Shown piece after piece: positions 1-9,960 of a stretch of 64,000 nt of DNA. The position numbers were made by a program, and so were the translations under genes. Within the stretch, counting starts at the first letter, position 1; each line of letters begins with the position of its first letter. The notes under the pieces are model-generated. The model made no database searches. It was not told where the DNA came from and was given only the letters and a program-made list of their open reading frames with translations. The DNA is from Amphiscolops sp. MND2022. Taxonomy: Eukaryota. Location of the stretch: assembly GCA_964187785.1 (NCBI GenBank), contig OZ076409.1:64232001-64296000 (forward strand). The letters are read 5' to 3'.

Positions 1-158
1 TCTCCGCTTCGCGGGGTCTGCTCTTTCAGCTTTCTATGCTTTTCTAGGCAGGTACTTCGAAAGAAAACCATGTTCGAGAGCCACGTCATCCTTGAACGAA
101 TTTTTCAGCAAATTTCCATAGTTTCGAAAATCGTCGTTGATCACAGGATGCCGTTACA
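1..158 (-). repeat. E1 3' LTR (partial)
   Basis: Matches 19972-20129. On the minus strand it starts TGTAACGGCA and diverges from the other copy immediately beyond that end. Confidence 0.93.
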
Positions 159-168
159 TCCACTCCCC
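159..168 (-). other. E1 polypurine tract
   Basis: Minus strand GGGGAGTGGA directly precedes the TG of the 3' LTR. Confidence 0.85.
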
Positions 169-940
169 GGGCTTCTGGCTTGTCGTCCCTGGCAAGCTTC
201 GTAGGGGTCTTCGCTGAGAGTAGGGTCCCGCACATGCTGTGGATACATCTAGAAGTCAGACCGCCGTTGCATAGAACAGCTACCTTGGGGCATTGGCTTT
301 TCGATCCTATGATAATTTTACTGCAAAACCTAGTATTTTTACAAAAAAATTGAGTCATTTATAGCACCAGTGCGAGAGCTAAAAATTTTCAATAGCTAGA
401 GATGTCTGAAGCACCTTTGGCTGGCTAAAACTTTTTTTATTGCGGCAAGTGCCTGCTAAAAAATTTTTTAATTAGTTTAGTCAAGACTCGTTTTTTTTTC
501 AGTTTTTTGCTAAAAATGTCTTTTTGTAAGAGCGCATTGGCTCAACTCAAAAGTGGACAATCGATAGAACACACACGACTCAACCTACTAGTGTCAGATT
601 ACTTTAGATCTTTTTGCTAGTCTGCTGTGCTAGCGCACCTGGATCTCTTTTTTCGAGCGTCACTGGAGGCAACAATGATTGTTTTTATCTTTTTGTTGAA
701 CTTCGTTAACGTAACATCAGCACGAGGGGCAGGCGCACTCAATGACCGTACATCCAAGGCAGGCAGTGAAAACATTTGATTTACTAACTATTAAATAAAA
801 TTGCACCGAAATTAATGCAGCACCAAGGTAAGGCTAAAATGTTTATCATGAGTTTGTAGCAGGAATACGGCAAAAGAAGGCCTAGCTTCATTTGGGTTTG
901 TGTGAGCCCTCGGGCTCACCTACGTATTGGCAGAGGTGCA

Positions 941-1657
941 TCATTGGGCAGCAGACCTGTTCCTGCTACGAGGAGAAGTTTCCTTAGGGGGTGAGGCATC
1001 GCTCGTGGATACGCGTCTGGTAGGCGCCTCGGTGTCGATAGTTAATTGTCCAATGGGGTCAGCTAGTGCCGCATTGGTTGTAAGCTCTGCTGTGTGCTCA
1101 CCGGAAGGACTAGGGGCTACAGGCATAGCCGTCTCAACTGTAACCTCATCTTCCAAGGATGCAGCTTCCACGGTGAGGGTTTGCTCCAAGGACATGGTAA
1201 TAACAGGGGCAGCGGTGCTTTGAGATGGTGCTGGAGCATAGCACTGAGCACGCTCCTCTTCAGCGCGATGGTGAGCTGCTAGAGCTACGAGCTTTGAAAT
1301 CCATCCGCTTTGCTTCCAAAGCGCACACGCCTTCTTCCATATTTCGAAATTCGTCACTTCTAAGTGGAGACATTCGTCATCCAACTCGGCGCGCATTTCT
1401 GCGCCCAGCACTTGATTCACAATATCCAATAACGTCAGTGGCATATCTCCCGACATTGTCATACGGCCTTGCGGACGCCAGACCGGCTCATACTGTATCG
1501 GGGCCATCCGACGGTAAAGATTGCGGTCACGCACCTGCGCAGCGACGCTAATCCATTGTGGCAAATTCGCACAGTCTGTGTGGCGAAGCTGGTGGTTCAA
1601 AAGCTCCTGGCCGCGCGCGATTGGGCAGGCACGGGGATACCCACGGGCTCTTTTCAA
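941..1657 (-). CDS. E1 accessory ORF3, duplicate copy (238 aa, unknown function, disordered C-terminus)
   Basis: Open 238 aa; differs from 3297-4013 at only 2 residues. Confidence 0.6.
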   Translation of the reverse strand: MKRARGYPRACPIARGQELLNHQLRHTDCANLPQWISVAAQVRDRNLYRRMAPIQYEPVWRPQGRMTMSGDMPLTLLDIVNQVLGAEMRAELDDECLHLEVTNFEIWKKACALWKQSGWISKLVALAAHHRAEEERAQCYAPAPSQSTAAPVITMSLEQTLTVEAASLEDEVTVETAMPVAPSPSGEHTAELTTNAALADPIGQLTIDTEAPTRRVSTSDASPPKETSPRSRNRSAAQ

Positions 1658-3066
1658 TAGCGATTGGGTACTTTGATGAACTTGATCTTATAATCCGAGC
1701 GAACTGTGGGACTTGATTCCAGACTAGAGTTGATGGTTTTCTTCATAAAGTCCACGGTCCAGGGTAACCGAAAGGGTTGTCCATGGAGGTCCATTGGTGC
1801 GTTGTACCAGTTGACTGGTCCATACTCACGAGGGAGCACTGCGGCTTTGCGCGCGCGGGCACGAATGACGCCCATCATATTCTCCTCAGCTTGAAGCTCA
1901 GTTTTGATGGTCGTGTATGCTTGAGGCATCTCACCGCTCAATGTTTCTTGAATCATGCACTCATATGACATGGGTGGACTTCCCTGCAAGTAGGTATATT
2001 TCGAGACCGTTGCTACTTGAACTGCCATGGAGACGGGTTTGGTGGAATAGCGCAGCACACCCAAAGCTCCAAAGATAGGAATCAGTACCGGGGCGATGAC
2101 AGGGACCAGGTCTTCCACTTCAGCGAGTGTCAAGTCTGCCAATTGCTGTGGCAGTGGAAAGCCTGCATTCTCGCGCGGCAGTTGCGCGTCAGGGTGATGA
2201 AGGGGTTGAGCTTGGTGAACGAATAAACCTGATGCATAGATCAGAGTCGAGTATAACCAGTGTTGCACCGAAGCTCTCACGCGGAATAGGTGGTCGGCAT
2301 AGTTGTGCCCATTCTGCAAGAATAGTAACTCTCCGAAACCAAGCAAGCTGGTCAACTTTCCTTGTGCGATAACCACGTACGTGTAGAATTCTAGAATCCC
2401 TCCGGTAGTGGTCAAACCTACAAGAATGGCTAGGGGACCAGCCACGAATTTAGTGGGGCCCAAGGCCAATGCAAGAGCCAGTACCTCAATGACCGTGGTT
2501 CGCTGCAGCAAGTCGGTGAGTCTTTTCAACTGGTCATTCGTCAGACAAAATTCGGCGGCAATTACATCCAAATGCCAGCCTAAGCCAAAACTTGTTAGCA
2601 GCGCCGGAAAGGACGCAGACAATCCTCTGGCTGCAATTTCCAAGGTAACGGTGGCCAATCGGTCCTGATACCAGTCACCATACGTGACCTCACGCGCCTG
2701 GACCAGTTCGTCGAGGGTAACGGCTTCTTGCTCTACCAGGTGCCTCACACCCAGTGGCATTTTAATAATTTCAGTATTGTTGGCAAACTGGAGCTGAGGA
2801 ATCGTTCGCTCGATCTCGCGATTGAGTGGCCATCTGCCGATTTGATCCCAAACTGCAGCTAGATCCGCCTTAATTGTATTTGGGTGGGCTTCGCACACCA
2901 ACCAGTTGTACCGGCGCATGTTCTCGCGCTCTTTGAGTGTGGCCTCTGGACGAGTCCGATTGCCATTCTCATCGAAAGTTAGCGTGCCTAGACGCATTCC
3001 ATGATCGTAGTAGACTGCATCGTCCCAAGTGAGCTGTGCATTGCCTCCCTTTTCCACTGGCTGCAA
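1654..3066 (-). pseudogene. N-terminally truncated duplicate of E1 accessory ORF2 (C-terminal ~470 aa)
   Basis: Near-identical to the C-terminal part of 4010-6529 and cut at the duplication breakpoint 3116. Confidence 0.85.
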
Positions 3067-3296
3067 TAAGCGTGAGATCGCTGCCAGGTATGCGTGTGCT
3101 GACAGTGCGGCGGGGCAGGCAGTGAAAACATTTGATTTACTAACTATTAACTAAAATTGCACCGAAATTAATGCAGCACCAAGGTAAGGCAAAAATGTTT
3201 ATCATGAGTTTGTAGCAGGAATACGGCAAAAGAAGGCCTAGCTTCATTTGGGTTTGTGTGAGCCCTCGGGCTCACCTACGTATTGGCAGAGGTGCA

Positions 3297-4013
3297 TCAT
3301 TGGGCAGCAGACCTGTTCCTGCTACGAGGAGAAGTTTCCTTAGGGGGTGAGGCATCGCTCGTGGATACGCGTCTGGTAGGCGCCTCGGTGTCGATAGTTA
3401 ATTGTCCAATGGGGTCAGCTAGTGCCGCATTGGTTGTAAGCTCTGCTGTGTGCTCACCGGAAGGACTAGGGGCTACAGGCATAGCCGTCTCAACTGTAAC
3501 CTCATCTTCCAAGGATGCAGCTTCCACGGTGAGGGTTTGCTCCAAGGACATGGTAATAACAGGGGCAGCGGTGCTTTGAGATGGTGCTGGAGCATAGCAC
3601 TGAGCACGCTCCTCTTCAGCGCGATGGTGAGCTGCTAGAGCTACGAGCTTTGAAATCCATCCGCTTTGCTTCCAAAGCGCACACGCCTTCTTCCATATTT
3701 CGAAATTCGTCACTTCTAAGTGGAGACATTCGTCATCCAACTCGGCGCGCATTTCTGCGCCCAGCACTTGATTCACAATATCCAATAACGTCAGTGGCAT
3801 ATCTCCCGACATTGTCATACGGCCTTGCGGACGCCAGACCGGCTCATACTGTATCGGGGCCATCCGGCGGTAAAGATTGCGGTCACACACCTGCGCAGCG
3901 ACGCTAATCCATTGTGGCACATTCGCACAGTCTGTGTGGCGAAGCTGGTGATTCAAAAGCTCCTGGCCGCGCGCGATTGGGCAGGCACGGGGATACCCAC
4001 GGGCTCTTTTCAA
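3297..4013 (-). CDS. E1 accessory ORF3 (238 aa, unknown function)
   Basis: Long ORF overlapping the ORF2 stop by 4 nt. It may be a frameshifted continuation of ORF2. Confidence 0.6.
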   Translation of the reverse strand: MKRARGYPRACPIARGQELLNHQLRHTDCANVPQWISVAAQVCDRNLYRRMAPIQYEPVWRPQGRMTMSGDMPLTLLDIVNQVLGAEMRAELDDECLHLEVTNFEIWKKACALWKQSGWISKLVALAAHHRAEEERAQCYAPAPSQSTAAPVITMSLEQTLTVEAASLEDEVTVETAMPVAPSPSGEHTAELTTNAALADPIGQLTIDTEAPTRRVSTSDASPPKETSPRSRNRSAAQ

Positions 4014-7000
4014 TAGCGATTGGGTACTTTGATGAACTTGATCTTATAATCCGAGCGAACTGTGGGACTTGATTCCAGACTAGAGTTGATGGTTTTCTTT
4101 ATAAAGTCCACGGTCCAGGGTAACCGAAAGGGTTGTCCATGGAGGTCCATTGGTGCGTTGTACCAGTTGACTGGTCCATACTCACGAGGGAGCACTGCGG
4201 CTTTGCGCGCGCGGGCACGAATGACGCCCATCATATTCTCCTCAGCTTGAAGCTCAGTTTTGATGGTCGTGTATGCTTGAGGCATCTCACCGCTCAATGT
4301 TTCTTGAATCATGCACTCATATGACATGGGTGGACTTCCCTGCAAGTAGGTATATTTCGAGACCGTTGCTACTTGAACTGCCATGGAGACGGGTTTGGTG
4401 GAATAGCGCAGCACACCCAAAGCTCCAAAGATAGGAATCAGTACCGGGGCGATGACAGGGACCAGGTCTTCCACTTCAGCGAGTGTCAAGTCTGCCAATT
4501 GCTGTGGCAGTGGAAAGCCTGCATTCTCGCGCGGCAGTTGCGCGTCAGGGTGATGAAGGGGTTGAGCTTGGTGAACGAATAAACCTGATGCATAGATCAG
4601 AGTCGAGTATAACCAGTGTTGCACCGAAGCTCTCACGCGGAATAGGTGGTCGGCATAGTTGTGCCCATTCTGCAAGAATAGTAACTCTCCGAAACCAAGC
4701 AAGCTGGTCAACTTTCCTTGTGCGATAACCAGGTACGTGTAGAATTCTAGAATCCCTCCGGTAGTGGTCAAACCTACAAGAATGGCTAGGGGACCAGCCA
4801 CGAATTTAGTGGGGCCCAAGGCCAATGCAAGAGCCAGTACCTCAATGACCGTGGTTCGCTGCAGCAAGTCGGTGAGTCTTTTCAACTGGTCATTCGTCAG
4901 ACAAAATTCGGCGGCAATTACATCCAAATGCCAGCCTAAGCCAAAACTTGTTAGCAGCGCCGGAAAGGACGCACACAATCCTCTGGCTGCAATTTCCATG
5001 GTAACGGTGGCCAATCGGTCCTGATACCAGTCACCATACGTGACCTCAGGCGCCTGGACCAGTTCGTCGAGGTTAACGGCTTCTTGCTCTACCAGGTGCC
5101 TCACACCCAGTGGCATTTTTATAATTTCAGTATTGTTGGCAAACTGGAGCTGAGGAATCGTTCGCTCGATCTCGCGATTGAGTGGCCATCTGCCGATTTG
5201 ATCCCAAACTGCAGCTAGATCCGCCTTAATTGTATTTGGGTGAACTTCGCACACCAACCAGTTGTACCGGCGCATGTTCTCGCGCTCTTTGAGTGTGGCC
5301 TCTGGACGAGTCCGATTGCCATTCTCATCGAAAGTTAGCGTGCCTAGAAGCATTCCATGATCGTAGTAGAGTGCATCGTCCCAAGTGAGCTGTGCATTGC
5401 CTCCCTTTTCCACTGGCTGCAATAAGCGTGAGATCGCTGCAAGGTATGCGTGTGCTGACAGTGCGGCGGGGCGCAAGTCCGTCTTGCTGACGCGCAAGTT
5501 GGGCGCGCACAAGTAAAACTCGATGTTACGAGCTTGGCACACCTCACTCAGCATATATACGAATTGTTGGAACATCCCTCCCCAGTACAGCATGCCTGGA
5601 GGAGAAACAAACAGGGATGACATTCCCAACTGAGTGCGGAGCTTCTCTGCCGTACGCTCCATCGCGGTGGCATTTTGGTGCAACAATCTCGATACTTCAT
5701 TTCTGGCGGCGTCACGGGTGGTCATCTCGCGTAGTAAACGCGGCAGGTCTTGCAACTGGCCTTCACAAGCCATATGGTCCATTAAATTGGACAAAATAAT
5801 CCTCCGCGGTGGTGGCTCCTTTTGAGATCCTTCCAACTCCGGAGCGAACATGGCAATGGCTACTTCGGCCATCTCTGGCAGTCGCGACAACAGCATGGTT
5901 ACTACCAGGACATCCGGAGCCAAGTTGTCATACGGAAGGTCGCATGGGACCGTTGAATCCATCATCACGCAGTAGGTATTTTTTGAGATAGGTTGGATGG
6001 CTCTGAGACTTTGAGGATACTGTCCGTGGGTTTCCCAGGCTTCGCCTTGTTGCAATGAGTATCTGGCGGTGCATTGCGCATGCAAGTCGTTCATCATGGG
6101 TCGCAAATAGTTGTCATGAGCAGTAGTCAATCTCTGAACTACACGTTGCTCCCATGCTGGCTCACCTTTGTCGGCGTCAAAGGCTCGCAAGGTCCTCGAC
6201 ACATGAGCTACAATGGATAGCTTCTTCAGCTGAGCTTGGTCAGCGCTCGAGGGTGGAACCCGCCGTCGATCACGAAATTGCCGCTCATCTAGCCTTGGGG
6301 CAACCTGCCTCATGCGATTGGCATCGCGCGTTACCACAGTTCCTGCAACGTTATCAGACTGGGGAAAATAAGCCGGTGGTGTTGGTTTCGTAGATCTGGA
6401 AGCTGAGGAGGTCACTGATGTGCTCGAGCGTTCGGCACTGGCCGAAGAACTAGGACTTGGAGCATATCGTTCTATGGCTTCGTTCATTGCCATTTGGGGC
6501 GTGGGTACGCCACGGTAGCCCACTTTCACGTGCTCTTTTATAACTACTGAACGCAGCGCATGCTGGCGTTTATCCGGGGGAGGGCGACTTGTTGGACTAT
6601 CGGTGGTACTGACTGTTGGTGATTGCCCATGCGGCGAGGTTCGTTAACGACCCAGCTCTTCATCCGAGACGGGTGACAATCACGAGATAGGTGAGGGGGC
6701 TCTAGTCCTAGTAGTGCTAGGGCCAGGTGTATTTGAACTGGTGCCTGGACCAGGTGCTTCGAGTAGGTTTTGTAGGCCTGGAAATTGCTTGGACATAGTC
6801 TTGACGAACTCCCTTGATTCTGGATATTTCGCCACTGCTTGGAGGGGTTGAATGACTGCCTGCTCACTTAGCGTTCTATGTGACATGTCTGGTGCAGTGA
6901 TACTGCTGCGAGCAGATGAAGGTGCAGAAGACTGCACTGATTGCACTCTAGCGATAGACCTTGGAGAGGAGTCCTCGGGCTCCTTCTGGGGTGTTGTGCT

Positions 7001-7552
7001 TAATACCATGTGCGACGCATTGGCAGCTGGAGCACTGGCATAAGGTGCCATTTGAGCTGCAGGGGGCATCATGGCATGCACATTGGGCAGGTATGCTGCT
7101 TGACTCGTCAATTGCATTGATGGTGTCTGTGGCTGGATCACCAGATGTGCTGGTGGGAGAGGTTGCGGCATCGGCACGTTAACTATTGGGATCCGCAGCG
7201 TTGCTTCCTGCTCAATTGCTGTGAGCACGCTGGGACCTCGCACCTCTGAAGAGCGATCATTAGGGAACGGGTGGGTCAAATCGTAGCTGTCCCAAGTGCC
7301 GCTTTCACAGGTCATTGTACGCTTATAGCCAGCTACATCTGTGACTATAGAAACTGTCAAGCTAGGCAGTGTGGGCTGTGTCTCCAGTTGCGCCAAAAGG
7401 GCAGTGATCCCTGCAATGGCAGCTGGCGATATGCCATTGCGCAGCCTTTCTTCAATGAACTGCACTTGCCTCACACGTTGCGTTCGGGCAACGTCCTGAT
7501 TGGGTTGGGTCGAGGCAGGCATTGCTGCAGGGGCAGGGTGATGGTAAGCCAT
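4010..7552 (-). CDS. E1 accessory ORF2 in the env position, about 1,180 aa when repaired; disordered N-terminus, SGNH-like domain, hydrophobic segments
   Basis: ORFs 6680-7552 (290 aa) and 4010-6529 (839 aa) join through two in-frame stops and a 1-nt indel in a C run near 6575. ATG 7552 follows an acceptor-like TATTTTAG. Confidence 0.7.
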
Positions 7553-7558
7553 CCTGGT

Positions 7559-7580
7559 CTAAAATAGGTGCCTATTAGAT
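7559..7580 (-). promoter_or_regulatory. Putative splice acceptor for a subgenomic ORF2 mRNA
   Basis: Minus strand CTAATAGGCACCTATTTTAG|ACCAGGATG: branch-like CTAAT, pyrimidine run and AG 6 nt before the ATG. Confidence 0.5.
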
Positions 7581-7792
7581 CCTTGGTACTGATGTCATTT
7601 GGTGCATCGTTGAAACCGGTTCCATAAGGGAACTAGTCAGTGGAAAACATAATTGTAAATATCGAAAGGTTAATTAGGAGGGCGCTGAAGGCGTCCTTAT
7701 TTAACATAGATCTCAATAAAATTTAATGACAGAAAAGACGTACTCTAACAGAAATTAAAACCGAATTTACATGAGCTTTCGCTCAAGCAAGA

Positions 7793-9960
7793 TCAACTTG
7801 AGAGATGGCACTCAGGTGGCTTAACACCTATCTCTATGCTGAGTATAGACACGTACACGCGATTGTGTAGCACTACGTGAATGTTCGTGTCCACGAACAA
7901 ATCCACTAGTACCTTGTACAGGTTGGTCAGGGAGAATACTGGCCTTTCGGGCTCCAGTATCGGAAAATGGACTCAGGCAATACCCTTGTCCTCTAGCCAT
8001 GCCGTTAATTGTCGCATGCATAATAGGAAATCATCTGCTATTAGCGGGGCGCGCTGATTCGCACGGGTGATCAGCAAGTGTATGGTCTGGGTGGGTTTAG
8101 TGGTGATTGCAGGGGTCAGGGTCAGAATTTCTCCTACACGGGGGCGCAGTGAGAAAACTTGCTCCTTGCCGCATTCCCGCAACACGTAGCGCAGTGCTGC
8201 TGAGCTACTTTCTAAATCCGCCGGGCACGCCAGGGCTATATGCCCTTCGACTTGCAAAAAGTCAGTGGTGTCATAAGAGATGTATTCCACCATGTTCGGG
8301 CGTGGACTGCCGGGATACACTATTTCCCGACCCGGTCCATTATCAGGGGGCAAGCATACGCGTGGGGTGCGACCCTGTATGGCGGCTAAATCCTGCCACA
8401 CCGAGCGCGGCAACGCTTGGTTGTCCACACCTGCTCGGACCCACGTGTCCAGCGTGTTCAATGCTGCTCTCACTTTCAGGGTCTCCTCAAAATTGTGAAT
8501 CCATTCGTCATATAGACGAATGCGGGGGTAGTTGGTGAAGCACGTTATGATTAGCTCCAACCACCAGCGAAATTTTACTTTCCCACGATACCAGTCAATA
8601 AGGTGGAAGCACAAGATTAGGTGTTCCGGTGTGGAAGTTCTGTGGTTCCACTAACGCATCTACACGTGGTGCAGTCACTAACAGCCACCAGTGCGGAGCT
8701 GGACTATACACGCCACCTGGTTCTACCTCGACTCCGTATCGGTCCAACAGCAGGTCAGCAGTGATGCATCTGGCCATTTGCACTGGCTCCCGCTCAAAGT
8801 TGAACGGACCAAACACAATGTTAGGGGGCACTGGGGGTACCACGGTTGCCAGCGTGAATTCTAGGCCTTTGCCGTCACTTGTTCATTCCTTAATTCGAGG
8901 ACATGGCGCCTTCGCAACGCCCGGTACGCCGATTCGCTGCAAGATGGTTTCTGCTGAATAATTCTTGGTTCGCTCTAATCCAGCGAAGGTCTTTTCCGCT
9001 CGCACCACGATACGATGAACCAGTTCAGCATTGTGTCGTCCCTCCGGGGGAACTCCCCGGGCTCCAATGGGAACCTCCCGGTTCTCGTGCACGGCTAGCA
9101 CGCATACGCAGTCGCGCAAGCCACAGGTGCCGCATTTGTATCTGGGCTGCAGTTTCTGTCTCAATTGGTATCTATTTTGGGATCCCGTTTGGCTGTCTGA
9201 AATTGGCGCGTGGACCTTGGACGCTGCCTTTTCCGAAGGTTTACGTGGACGGGGTGCCCTTGTCGCACTTGTCTTTTTCCGAGGTCTCCCCCTCCCCCTT
9301 TTAACAGAAGGAGCCGTGTGTGGTTTGGGTAATGGTGGTGGGGCTTGGTCCGCTGAGGGTGTAGGCGGACGAGAAGTGGGGGCGCTGGTATCTTTGGCGT
9401 GATCGGGCCAAAGAGGGTAATTACTGAGGTAGTCGGTAAGAGAAGGATCGTCAGCAGCGGAGCAGAGGTACCCGAAGGGGATAGCTCCGGTGGATCGTCT
9501 GACGGTGATAACTGGGGTGAGGGTGAGCGCCTAGGCTCATGATCGGAGAATAACTGCGGAAGGCAGTCGATTATAGTTGTGTCTGACGGAAGAGCGGGCA
9601 CGGCGGGAGCTTCGATGATGTCCGCAGGTTGTGTCTGGACCAGTTGTGGGGAATTGGTAGGAGTGGGGAGCATCGCGTCCGTCGTTTCATCGTCGGTCTC
9701 AGACGTGGAATAATCGAAGTGTTGGTAATGCTGCCGGGTTCCTCCCGCGCGCAGCCTATTGCACAATCTAGTGTCCATCCAATGGCGTCGCCTAGAGGGT
9801 AGCGACACACCCGAGGCCTCTGAAAGTAATTGTTCTGAGTCATAGGAGGGCTGGGAGCAATCATCATCAATAGGTTCTACGGAGCGCTCGGGCTCAGGAT
9901 CCATTACCACGGCAATGTCAATGCTATCTAATGGGATGGCAGCGAATTCCAGGGGGCCTT
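7793..9960 (-). pseudogene. E1 integrase C-terminal extension: disordered region, AT-hook, CxxC-x4-CxC motif, macrodomain (TARG1/Poa1p-like)
   Basis: Fragments 9161-9910, 8883-9164, 8595-8843 and 7973-8614 plus read-through to 7793 join by three frameshifts and two TGA stops. KRGRGRPRKK lies at about 9273-9302. The macrodomain pattern ISYDTTD..HIALACPAD..VGEILTL..IHLLITR..GIA*VHFPI lies at about 7860-8290. Confidence 0.72.

Larger units (their letters stand above)
761..5472. repeat. 2356-bp tandem duplication inside E1 (761-3116 and 3117-5472)
   Basis: Paired ORFs are offset by exactly 2356 (927/3283, 941/3297, 1706/4062). About 99% identical, with GGC microhomology at the junction. Confidence 0.97.

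Noticed and set aside
86-358. E1 ORF crossing the PPT into the 3' LTR, analogous to the E2 272-aa ORF
   Set aside because: Short, no clear similarity to the E2 protein, and no second copy available to test conservation.
4010-6529. Calling E1 ORF2 a retroviral Env
   Set aside because: No signal peptide, furin site or C-terminal anchor pattern; only its position is env-like.
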